DNA of 64,000 nt from Macrostomum lignano (Eukaryota). Positions within the stretch are counted from its first letter, which is position 1; each line of letters starts with the position of its first letter. The position numbers and the translations under genes were made by a program. The stretch lies in the NCBI GenBank assembly GCA_002269645.1, contig NIVC01000043.1, positions 109,086 through 173,085 on the forward strand. Direction: 5' to 3'. This document shows positions 51,785 through 62,692 of the stretch, piece after piece. The notes under the pieces were generated by a model. The model made no database searches. It worked only from the letters and a program-made list of their open reading frames with translations, and was not told the DNA's origin.

Positions 51785-53554
51785 GCTAGCACCAATCTAC
51801 CCTAGAAAATTTTGCTATATATTGTAGATTCTTACTCTATGCCAACTTAAGATATTAAACTACCACATTTCTATTATTAACTAGATTTAAAAAAATGCTT
51901 GCAAATCAATATATTAAAAATGGTTTATATCTGTGTGCATATGTGTATGATCAATTTAAAAAATGGCTCAATGGATTTTCTTATAACTTGCACTGTTTGA
52001 TCAGTTTGACTGTTTGATAGCTTGCAAATCGATATAACTAAATCAAATCCACTCAAGTTCTAAATGAAATTCATAATTGTCCAGTATTGCCATGGCAATC
52101 AGTGCCACCGGCGCCATCCCTAGAAATGTAAGTATGATATACATTGTTAGTTACTACTTTATCATTTAATACCCTCCTAAAATTTGTTTTCTGTTTCTTC
52201 TTGACTTCTTGACTCCAAGAAGTTAACAAACCAAGCATATATTCTTAGGCAATGGTATTCTTCGGAACCAGAATCTCTCTTTTATTTGGGGCTTGTTACT
52301 TTATTATTTTAGTCTAGGCATTTTAATACATTGTTGGTTACTATTTTATCATTTAATCCCCCCTAGAATTTTTTCTTTTTTCTCAACTCTTAGAAACAAA
52401 AACCAATTGTACATATGTTATTCTAAGGAATCAAAATCTCATTTTAATTCCAGGCTTACATACTAATCAAATATGCTTCTGTAGAATTTTAAAATTAACA
52501 ATTTAACTATCTTTGCTTAATTTTATAGCTATAGCGTGCTACTTCTGCAGGGATCAGAAGCATAAAGCTGTAAAGCAACACAGTGCAATGCACTCAAACA
52601 ATATGTGGCATATCAGCAGCAACAGCAGCAGAAATAGCAGGAACAACAGCAAAAGCAACAGCAATAATAGCAACGAGACAATGGCGGCAAAAAGATTACT
52701 AACTAACTATTTTACAAACATTACTACTAATATCTACTTTACTTTACTAATGACATCTTTACTATTAAATGTTAACAACAAATTTAAAAAAAAATAAATC
52801 GGACCTAATTGGACCTTGATTTAAAAAAATCACTGCTTTGAACTTTGCTAAACAGAGTATGCATTATCTTAGGAGTTTACTCATCAAGAGCAATAATCAT
52901 TTACTCATCAAATGAAACAAAACAATTTTGCAAAAAATGCAGCAAGGTATTGAATCTACAATGTAATCACTATTAAATAATTTAATTTAGTTTCAGTTTT
53001 TAAGTGGCCTTGGCCCAGCCATTGAGCCATAGTTAGGCTACTATTACTATTACCACTACTAGCTTTTTCATTTGAATTAATATAGAAAGGTGCAGTCATT
53101 TGGTGGAAACTAATAGAACAAATAAAATTAAATCTTACTACATGCACTTAAAGTAAAACAATGCAACCTGCAATTACCAAGTTGATCATGCATACAAACA
53201 TGTACATTTAAAGTAATCTAACTAACAAAAAGATCAGAATGGTGGAGAATAAATATATAATAAAAATTTTCTACTTGAAATTTATACAAAGCAACTTTTT
53301 TAAATGCTTTAGAGTCCCAAATTAGGGAGATAAGAGAGCAGTCTCCTGTAAAGATCTTTCTCTCTTTTCTCTGTAAAACTGCTTATAAAATGGTTAAGGT
53401 AGCTTTTTATAATAGGAAAATCTAATCTTATAATCAATGCAAATGTACAAAACATTGCAAGTGCAAGCTTCTTGAAGTCAGTAGCATTGGATTCAGTCAG
53501 TCTACTATTAGTCTCAATTATTACAAGTTTTTATAAGGTTTAACAAGCTCAATA

Positions 53555-53700
53555 ATCATTCGTTTATCAAGCATAGTTATCCTAGTTTATTAAATGCAGT
53601 ACTCCTTGGTTTATTAAGTGCAATAATCTTTAATTTATCAAGCACACTAATCCTTTGTTTATCAAGTGCAATAATCATTTGGCTTATCAAATGCAGTAAT
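53555..53700. repeat. Decayed ~24-bp tandem repeat
   Basis: Recurring TTTAT(C/T)AA(G/A)(T/C)GCA(A/G)TAATC units. Confidence 0.6.
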
Positions 53701-55124
53701 CCACTTTCAATAAAAAATTATATTACTTTTATGTACATATATATAATCTAGAAAAAATTCTGATTGTATACATGGTAGCCAGATGGCAAGATGCTCAAGT
53801 GCCAAACATTTCAATACTAAGACAATTCAATGCTTTGAACTTCTAAGATAATTAGTACCAGAGCCATAGTCTATATCATGCTAGGTATACACCCAAACAA
53901 AAATTGAATAATTACAAATTCAGACTGAAAAAAATTGAGTGTATGCCAATTTTTAAAACTATGCCAGTATTGCAACAATTAATGACATTTTTATACTGTG
54001 GCAATAAATGACCTTTTTTGATGATAATATTGATAGTGGAAAATTGATACATGCAAAGATTAAATATTTTATTAAAGTTTATGCTTTAAATAAACCCTTG
54101 TGGTAGTGCAAACTCCCACTGAAGTTTTATTATTTTAAATTTTCTAATCACATATTATGGACTAACAGTGGACTTTCTCATTTTGCTATTGCCCCATTTG
54201 CAGCCCTATCTGCCTACCCTGTGGCACAGTTCTATGATATATTTTTCAGTCCCCATTCTGGCCTACCTGCCCCTTTTTGGCCTTGCATGTCCCTTTTTCT
54301 GTTTCTATTCTTTTCTCTCAGTATTTTCTATAGAAACTTTTGCTTGACAAGTTCTGGACCCAGTGTCTATGCCCTATCCCCATTTTCTGAACCACTTTGC
54401 CTAACTGCTCCCCCTTTTTATATTTATTTGGCCTCATTTGGCCCAATTCTGAAAAGCTCTTTTTCTTTTTCCTGCTTTCTTCTACTATTTTTTCAAATTT
54501 TGCTTAACTTTACTAGTGCTCCATGGAGTAGACCCTAATACACTAATTGCGACTAGCTAATTTCTTTGCTTAGAATCATCTGATCTTTAACTTAGAGCCT
54601 CACATAGTGGCTTCCATGGCATCATTTATCGTCAAGTCAACCTAAACATACCAACTGTGCACGCCTACTTTTGTTGGTATACAAGGTCAATACATGCTCC
54701 AAAGTATGGTACTAGAGCAAATAGAAGCAAAGCTAAAGGGAAAATAAAAGGTTATAATATGAAAGCTAAAATGTTATAGAATTCTAAGTTTTTTTCCTTA
54801 ACCAATAATATAGTTTTGTTGGAGTTTGACTTTAGATTTCAAAATTCATGCAAAAATAGTTCTGGCAAATTTATTGGAATTCAGGGGGTTTAAAATCTAT
54901 AGGTTAAAAATCTATACAATGATAGCTAGGTTTCAATAGATTGTAAAAAATAAATATCAAATGAAAACTATTTGCCTTTATTAGGCCTTATCTTATATGT
55001 ATCTTTTTAGTACTAGGGCCTATTATTATTAAGAAGCCAATTTATAATAGTCTTTGTCTTTAAATTTTAAGTGTATAATAAATATATGTATAATAAATAT
55101 ACTAGCTACTCAATGATAACAATA

Positions 55125-56234
55125 GGCAGTTGTTATTTGTCCGGTGACCAGACGAATAGCGATATGGTTATTTGTCCGGTTACTGGATCCTGACCATGCT
55201 TTTCTATTCATCCAGTTAAATTGATAATGCTAAAATATCTAGTTCATAAAAACCACAAGGGTAAATATTCTTAGACTTTAAAGACTTCTTACTTGTATCT
55301 TGACTATTATATTGTTATACTAGTGTGTGTTTTATACACCAAATTATGATGTATGAAACATTTGCCGACACTTATTCAGACACTTCTATAGACACTTTAG
55401 TTTCTGTTGTATGAATCATAGGAACAAGCATTAAATTTGTTTATTCCTAACAAACTATCAGTAAACTGCTTTATTGTAAGCTTTTTTGCTTTATTTTATT
55501 AAATATGAATCATGAAATTTGTTATTTTGCATAGATTCTTTTCATGTGAAGAAGAATGTTAAATTTGTCCAGGACACTTCCTAATTCATATTTAATAAAA
55601 TAAAGCAAAAAAGCTTAAAATAAAGCAGTTTACTGATAGTTTGTTAGGAATAAACAAATTTAATGCTTGTTCCTACAATTCATACATGCGCAACAGTCGG
55701 CCGAGTCGGCCGATCCGGCCGACCGATTTGGCGGCCAATCAAGGAAGTCGCAAAAATGCCCACCCAAAAAATAACCTGAAGAGTAGTACTAAGTAGCTGA
55801 CGAGGCATTTTAGCTTAATAAAACAGTCATAGTTACTCCTGCCGTTTACCCAAAGTTGCATTAATTTTGCTTTCAGGTTTTTTTATATGTAAGTCGCATT
55901 TTTGGCCAAAAACTATGTCGCATTTTTGTTAAAACTAAGTCGCACGGCTGACCGAATTTTGGAGGTTGCACATGTATGCTACAATTCATACGACAGAAAC
56001 TAAAGTGTCTATAGAAGTGTCTGAATAAGTGTCGGTGAATGTTTAATACGTCAAATTATGCCGAATTGAATAATATACTGCTTTGCTTAACACTCTAATA
56101 TACAAGAAAATATTAATCAGTATACGAGAATAGGTCTATTCATCACGAAACAAATAAGATACTTGTGTTAGCAATTTAACCGGACAAATAGCAAAAAGGC
56201 TATTCGTCTGGTCACCAGACAAATAACAACTGCC
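55125..56234. mobile_element. Mutator-like non-autonomous foldback element
   Basis: TIR GGCAGTTGTTATTTGTC(C/T)GGTGACCAGACGAATAGC. 9-bp TSD ATAACAATA at 55116-55124 and 56235-56243. Internal ~170-bp inverted arms at 55341-55510 and 55584-56057. Confidence 0.82.
55681..55978. mobile_element. hAT-type MITE (copy 2) nested in the right arm of the foldback element
   Basis: Same TIRs as copy 1. 8-bp TSD CTACAATT at 55673-55680 and 55979-55986. Confidence 0.88.
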
Positions 56235-56272
56235 ATAACAATATTGGGTATATCATCATGAGGCCTAGTAGT

Positions 56273-56668
56273 ATTTTTTTATTTTTTTATTAGAGGCAGG
56301 GGGTTATGTGTACCCTCGCACACTTTAAGAGACATAGGCACACAAGCAGTGAGAGGCATTACTGCCTATTCCACTGACTCCCCTGAGCAGGCATATAAGC
56401 GCGCGGATACGTACGCAGGCACACACTCACACAGGAGTATATAGCAGCCCTAACTTTATATTATCATTAGGCATGTATATTTCACTATACCTTGGCGGGT
56501 TGGCCCTCCCTCAAGGCTGTTAGGCTTAATTGCACAAGCAGAGCCAAGCCGAGATTCCAATTTAGCCCCAAATTATTATGACTACACTTGGAATTGAGCC
56601 TGAGTTGCTGCCCTCTTGCTGGCACACCAGAGCAGCTGTGCTAGGCCTATTGCTGGGCTATGGCCCCC
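56273..56668 (-). mobile_element. tRNA-headed SINE (copy B), hypermutated relative to copy A
   Basis: The reverse complement aligns along 10801-11157, for example TCTCGGCTTGGCTCTGCT, CTGCGTACGTATCCGCGCGCTTA, GGCAGTAATGCCTCTC and the poly-A tail. Confidence 0.8.
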
Positions 56669-57699
56669 TTGGCCTAGTTAGTATATCATCAGGTAACCAA
56701 ATTTGTTAACAATAATAATGCATGGTAAAATACACTGAATTTGTCAATGACAATAGAGTTGAAGAATTAGATGTTGACAAATTTGATAGCACCTAGGACC
56801 TAGGGGGCCTATGCTAGTAAAGGTCTAAATATATATTCATGATTAAGCCCTATGAATAGGTCTAAAAACACATAATTGTGATTATTACTAATATGTGATG
56901 ATCACTTAACTAGGCCTAAAAATATCATTAACCAATAACAGTATTTTCACTTATAATTATTATAAGTGCTGTGTCATGCCTGTGCTGTGGGCTGTGTAGG
57001 CCCTATTTCTACTTCTAATATGGCATTGGGTTGGGTTGTTGTTTGTTGCTTAGAAAGCTTGGCTGTTTGGGAAAGCTTTGCCCCCCCCCTCCTCAAAATA
57101 GTTCCAGGTCCGCCCTTGGTTAAATGACTATGGCCTATTGGGTACCTTTGTCGCACAACATTCAATTTTACTTTCAAGGGCACTAGGGCAGCATTTGATG
57201 TGATTTCATTTGATGTATGATTTATGAATTCGGTTATCAGTTGAGGCGCTTGTTGGTAGGCTTACCAAGTTTAGGAATTTTTACTAGCTAATCATTACGC
57301 CATTTAAGACTTGATAGTTAAACTTCGTCGTAATGTTGATCTCAAATCGTGAGTCACAGAAGACAAAAATTTTGAATTCAAAAAACGACAGTATATTTAT
57401 CTACCTATGTAACAAGACTCGGGCTTTATTAAAATGCTAAGTTTTTATTTATTTTTATAATATTTTAAAGGCTTGAAGAAAATTGAATTACGAAAATTTG
57501 TTTTTTTACAAACGCGTGAATTGGCCGACGTTTCCCTCATCTTCAAAAAGCCCAGTTAATTTTTTAACAACTCAGTATATCTTTTATGTACGGATCTGTG
57601 CTAATCTGAAATTAGATACTTACGCATTTCGTAACTGAGCAAGAATAAATATTCGATGGTGTCGAATTAGTGAAGAAATTTTATGTACATGTATATATC

Positions 57700-57950
57700 G
57701 GCACAAATGACTGTGTAGGCCGCGCGGTAAAGTGCGGCACGGGCCCGCTGCGCGTGGCAGCTTTGGTACGTGTGATCGAACCGCGCCACTGCCACCCCCT
57801 GTAGCCCGTGACGTGTGCCTAGAAGGCGATGACAGTAAAATGGAGGAGCTATAGAGAGCTTAAGAACTTTCCCCGCAAAGTTAAATATACTCGGACACGA
57901 GACTCCACCTATCTTTCCACTACGGGCCGGAGCTTGGCCGTAGGCTTGAG
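57700..57950. ncRNA. Candidate structured RNA or CpG-rich regulatory island
   Basis: Nested complementary pairs within 57700-57819 (GGCACA/TGTGCC, CACGGGC/GCCCGTG, GTGGCAG/CTGCCAC, GCCGCGC/GTGCGGC), plus further small hairpins to about 57946. No family recognised. Confidence 0.3.
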
Positions 57951-58528
57951 GCTATGAAAAATGTAGACCATGCATTGAAACTGGTTTTCGTGTTCCATAT
58001 CCTTTATTGCTGTTGTAGAGAGAAGATATAATAAAGGATAGCCAACAAAAATATCTGCTACAATGTTCAAAACCTATGCCCAGCTTTTAATTTGATTTGA
58101 AACATTTAAAATATTTCTATCAGTCGATTACACATACCTTATTGTTGTATGCTCTCCTTGAAAATGGAACATATATATTTAAAAACTTGACTTAGTACAA
58201 CAAAATAATTAAATAAAGTTCTTTACTACGTTCAAGCAAAAAGTTCCTCTGTTCTCATGGAACAAAAATTATATCGAAAATTAAAACAAGATGCTGTCTC
58301 AACTTTATTAACTGGCGATGGATCGAGTTGCCCCTCAAATGCAAGTTTGAAGAACAAATTAGATGGCGGCGTATAACGCGCGAGTATAATTGAAAAAAAG
58401 AATGAGATTTCATTTAAATTGTATTCTTGCTATTATAAGATAAAATGAGCAGCGGAAAAAATGCACTAAGTAACTGATAGAACGCAGGCCCAATCGGTCC
58501 AGCAAAGTTCTGTCAGCACCATCGGGTC

Positions 58529-61500
58529 CTATGCGCAGTCGCCAGCCGGTAAAGAATGTTCAAAACTGTCACTGGTGTCAGCATCGCTAGTCGTTTGCTC
58601 CACTAAGCTGAGCTGGCAAGTGATGCTGACCAGAGGAGGCACTTCCTGCTCGAGTTCCGACAGATGAGGCGAGCCGAAGCACCGTGCATTGCTGCTAGAC
58701 GGGCAACTTCGAGAGCTGCAGGATTGGGCATCGAGCGGCGAGCTTCTTACGCCTTCGTTAGCCTGTTCGACCCGCGGATCCGAGTCTGCAGTCTGGATGG
58801 ATTGGAGAGAAAGCAGCTGATCCGCGCTAGATGATGCCAGCTTGTCGCCAGCCGCCTGGGGCAGTAGTAGCTTTCTGCACGTATCGCTCACCTGATTGAA
58901 CTGGTTGCGAGGGTGCGCAAGCTGGTATCGGTGCTGCTGCTCTCACTCGATGCCGTTTCCTGATTTGAGAAGTACGGCTGATGCGGTGGCTCACGCTGCA
59001 GCGTTTTCGAATCTTTCTTCGAGTCTTCGGTATCGGAGGCCAGGTGCAAGTTTAGATTGGTGCCCAGCTCTGGACAGTGTGTGATGACGCATTGTAAGCT
59101 GCAGTACTTTGAGGATAATCGTTTAGACTTCTCGGTCAGCGATGCTTCGATTGGTTTTAGACACTTTGCACAATCAGTTGCACCGATAGATGTCAGAGGA
59201 GTGACGTCACAGTTATTGAATTCTATTGCTTGTTCATCTAAGTCATTGCTGAATCGATCGCTCTGTCGCCGGCTTTGTATAGCCAGATTGGAAGCTACTT
59301 GCAGCTTCTCAAGAAGCTCATTGCTTCGGCCTCGACGGGCTGTTGAGCCTCGACAGGACTCGGCCCTGTAGAAGCAACAGGGCGTCCAGGTCTGCTCGAC
59401 GCCCGAATTAAACAATTTCTGTCTGTTGCCGCATCGCTGATGCAAACAGAGGCTTGACCTGACGATTGCTGCTTCTGGGTGCTGCGTGGTATTCAGCATA
59501 GATAGATTCAGATGTCCACCTGCCAGTTCAAGAGTCGAACCCAGTAGGCAGCAGCTTACTATTAATCTCTTGACAATGCGGGAGCTGATGCATCTGGCAA
59601 ATCGAAATGCGATAGCTCTATTAGTGCTGATGTTTCTCTCTGGCTCGGCTGGGATTCGATTGTCTGCCCTGATCAGCAATCCGCCAAAATGAGTCAAGAG
59701 ACTTGCAGATTCACTCGCTGAGTCGGGCAGCATTTTCTCTAGACTGACGAATGCCAAGCTTTGTCTAAACAGTTGCGCATGTTTTAATGGTCTCCAAGAA
59801 CAGAAAATTTGCTCAAAAATACAACTGGGAAGCTCAATCTTATGCTGCACAGCGTCAGCAAGAGGCTCCACAATTTGAACTCGACTACGTCGATGCAGTG
59901 CAGTCCGCTTTTTATTAACGCTTTTCGCTACTCGATTGAAACCTTCGCAACCAGTGGTTAGCCAGTCTGAGACATTTTGCTGCTGACCATGCAATGTTGA
60001 CGGTAAGCGAAATTTTTCCTGCAACGCATCGGACGATATTGAGCTGCGCGTTTGAGAATGCTGCAATGTATCAGCAGCAACGTCACTTCGACAGTTGTTC
60101 GGCAGATCGGAACTCCAATTGCAAGTCTGACTGGCGCAAAACACCGGGCTCCGTTCACGTCTATTGGTCCTTGGCAATGCAGTCTCCGGCTCAAGGATGT
60201 GAATCGTTGCTTCTATGTCAACACAGTCGCCTCTCCCAACTCGTCCCCAGTGTCTGCCAACACCCAATTTAGCCTTAACTCGTGAGGTGCCTCATCTAAC
60301 GGAAGCAGAAGATTGGACTCATCGCGTCCGTTAACCACGCCGCTGAATAAATCTTCCGCATAGGCCGCCGCAGCCGCCGCGGCTGCAGCAGCTTGAGATT
60401 CGAAATCCGAGTTTTCACGCCGGGACAACCGCTCTGTGACAGCCTTAGAATGCTGGCAACCAGTTGGAGCTAAGTGCGAGTTCGCTTGAGCTTCTGACAT
60501 TGACCGTTGCGATGAATCGCTTGAACGCGAGAACGAAGAGATTTCAGCACCGCTGAACCGGTGATGATACAACGCTTGCGTGCTCAGCTGAGACACATTG
60601 GTTGGACGTTGTTCGCTGCTAATTTCCTCATCTGTTGAACAAGTGCTAGTGCCGATATTATCGACATTTTGATAGACTAACTCGCCTTGAATTCGTTCAA
60701 CGCTGAATCGCTCAGACAGGCTGCGCTCAGATACTGGCGTTGCAGTTGCACGAATCTGCGCTTGCTCAAAACTGCCATCAAAGAAGAGCTGATCACATGT
60801 CTGTAGTTTCCTGCATTCGATCTATTTGAAAGCCCACATTTACGGAAAAGTTCTTGGCTTCCATATTTGACGCAAAATTCCAACCATCGCCACTTCGACT
60901 GTGAACACCATTAGCTGACTGAATATTCACAACGTGAGTGTGACAGAACTGCCTTGTTTTTCTTCTTGGTGGCTTTTCATAGCAGTTGTTGCAGTTTTGC
61001 TGCTGCCTACTAACGAACTATCTGTGGCAGTGCTGGTTCGCTTACTATGCCGTTTAACTTTAACAACTTTTCTTTCGCGTCCCAGGAACGCAATCTGGCT
61101 TGTCTTTGTGATGATTGGACGAAGATGCCTGCAAACTTAAGGCGTTCGTCACCTTTGTGTCATACTTCTGCCTGCGCCTATCGGCGCGACTGATCTTCTC
61201 AGCAATGATCTCCGCCAGCGTGTCCACTATGTTCGATTCAGAGGAGTAGCTGCGCGACTTTGTCGACTTCTTGTACCACTTTTTCGTTGCTTGTTTAAAT
61301 CGTCCTCATTTTTAAGAGCTCGACCAGCCCAGAGCCGTGAGTTGATTTATTTGTTTTAGCGCTAGCCGCGCCCGCGGCTGGCGAGGCGACTTCTAAAGTT
61401 TCCCCGGCACCTAAGCGGCTTGCTCTACCAGCGAGTATCTCGTGTAGTAGAGTTGCTACGTCTGACGGCCGCCGAAGCTCGCGGCGTTTTCTAGAGCACT

Positions 61501-62370
61501 CTGCTATCGAGGCACCGGCAGATGGAGCTGCATCTGCGATGGACTGATAGGCTTCAGCGCGACTTGCACTGCGAGCCAGAACCTCCCGTAGCTCAGCCTG
61601 AGATAGTGTTGAAGAATGGCGATTCGTGCGGTGGCGTTGGCTGGTGACAGCAACAGCTGCAACAGAGGCTTTAGCAGAAGAAGACGCAACGCGCGCCGGC
61701 GGTGGCGGTGTCAGAGTCTTTGGAGGTGGCGTCGGTGGCGGAGTCTGAGACGGCATCGGGGCGAAAGCAACTGCTCCGGTGGCGGCGGCGGTGGCAGCTT
61801 TTTCCGAGGCGGCAGCGGTGGTAGAGTTTTCCGAGGAGCCGGCCGGGGTGCCCGTCGGGGCGGAAGCGGCGGTGGCGGACTCCGTTCAGCCGGCCGCGAC
61901 GCGCGTGACGCTCGAGGCGGCGGAAGCGGAGGCGCCGGCGACTCCGTCGGCTCATGCGGCATGGCAACCGACTGCCTGACGAAACTGATGTTATCCGGTC
62001 ACCAATGGAGGCGCTCCTTGACGCGGCTGAAAATCTTCCGGTACTCGGTGATCTGCGGCTTCCTGCCGTCCTCATGCTGCACCCGTCGATCTCGTCTTCA
62101 TCCTTGAAGTCTTTGACCCAGGCGGACACCGGAACATAGGTCAGTGACCGCCTTCGTCGACCACTCGGCCTAGGATTTGAAGAAGCCGATCCGTCCAGCT
62201 GAGCGTTGTTTGACAGCTTCGAGCGGAGCCTATGACCACTGCTGAGGGGACGGGCTTTCTTGGGAGTTGCGTCCCTGGCCCCAGGCCAGCAGAAACTTCA
62301 ACTGCGTGCTCGGCGACATAGGTCGGCTAGCCTGCGATGCACTGTGGTCGCAGTGAGCTAGATGGTGCAT
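58529..62370 (-). pseudogene. Large (~1,250 codon) Ser/Ala/Pro-rich coding-like region broken by many frameshifts (pseudogene or assembly indels)
   Basis: Overlapping minus-strand ORF pieces join end to end with 1-2 nt shifts (near 62290, 62080, 61755, 61305, 60910, 60790, 60680, 60220 and 58890), and there is an in-frame TGA at 61999-62001. Candidate ATG at 62370 after TTGAG. No domain recognised. Confidence 0.55.
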
Positions 62371-62601
62371 GTTTTACTCAAGTTTAGTCAGCTGGCGATA
62401 AAAAATGGTAGTTACACAGATTTCACTGTCTGTCGGAATTCAAATTCTTTGCCTTGAGACTCAAGTAAAATTCTTTTAATTACTATTTTATTAAACTGAA
62501 CACAATTATAAATTCACTTGCTATATGATAGTACTTTTTAAGCTCGTTCTAGGCAGTAAATATAGCCGTCTATGGTAAAAGCGTAAAATCGGGAAATAAC
62601 C

Positions 62602-62692
62602 GGTGTGCATGGGCTGAGTAGCGACCAAAGCCTTTGAGTTCGATTCAAAGTCTTTGGCTACATTAGATTGGGGTTCGAATCCGCTTGAACCA
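62602..62692 (+). other. tRNA-like/Pol III-like remnant with two B-box-like motifs
   Basis: GAGTTCGATTCAA inside a long hairpin (GTAGC..CAAAG..CTTTGA/TCAAAG..CTTTGGCTAC) and GGGTTCGAATCC. The acceptor stem is poor. Confidence 0.3.

Larger units (their letters stand above)
48300..57150. other. Gene-free, AT-rich, CpG-depleted domain of decayed mobile elements
   Basis: No credible ORFs. CG dinucleotides are very rare by eye compared with the AT-rich spacers at 36-37, 38.7-39.8 and 62.9-63.7 kb. Boundaries are approximate. Confidence 0.7.

Noticed and set aside
48879-57183. Short track ORFs in the AT-rich domain as genes or intact transposases
   Set aside because: They are under 110 aa, compositionally biased and lack motifs; any source element is too decayed to classify.
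57700-57950. 5S rRNA, SRP RNA or RNase P/MRP identity for the GC island
   Set aside because: Only short word matches (GCCTACGGCCA, GGGGAAAGT, GCCGGAGCTTGG); the helix arrangement and the other conserved regions do not fit.
61999-62001. In-frame TGA as selenocysteine or programmed readthrough
   Set aside because: It sits among many indel-type lesions, there is no selenoprotein motif or identifiable SECIS, and compensating deletions explain it more simply.
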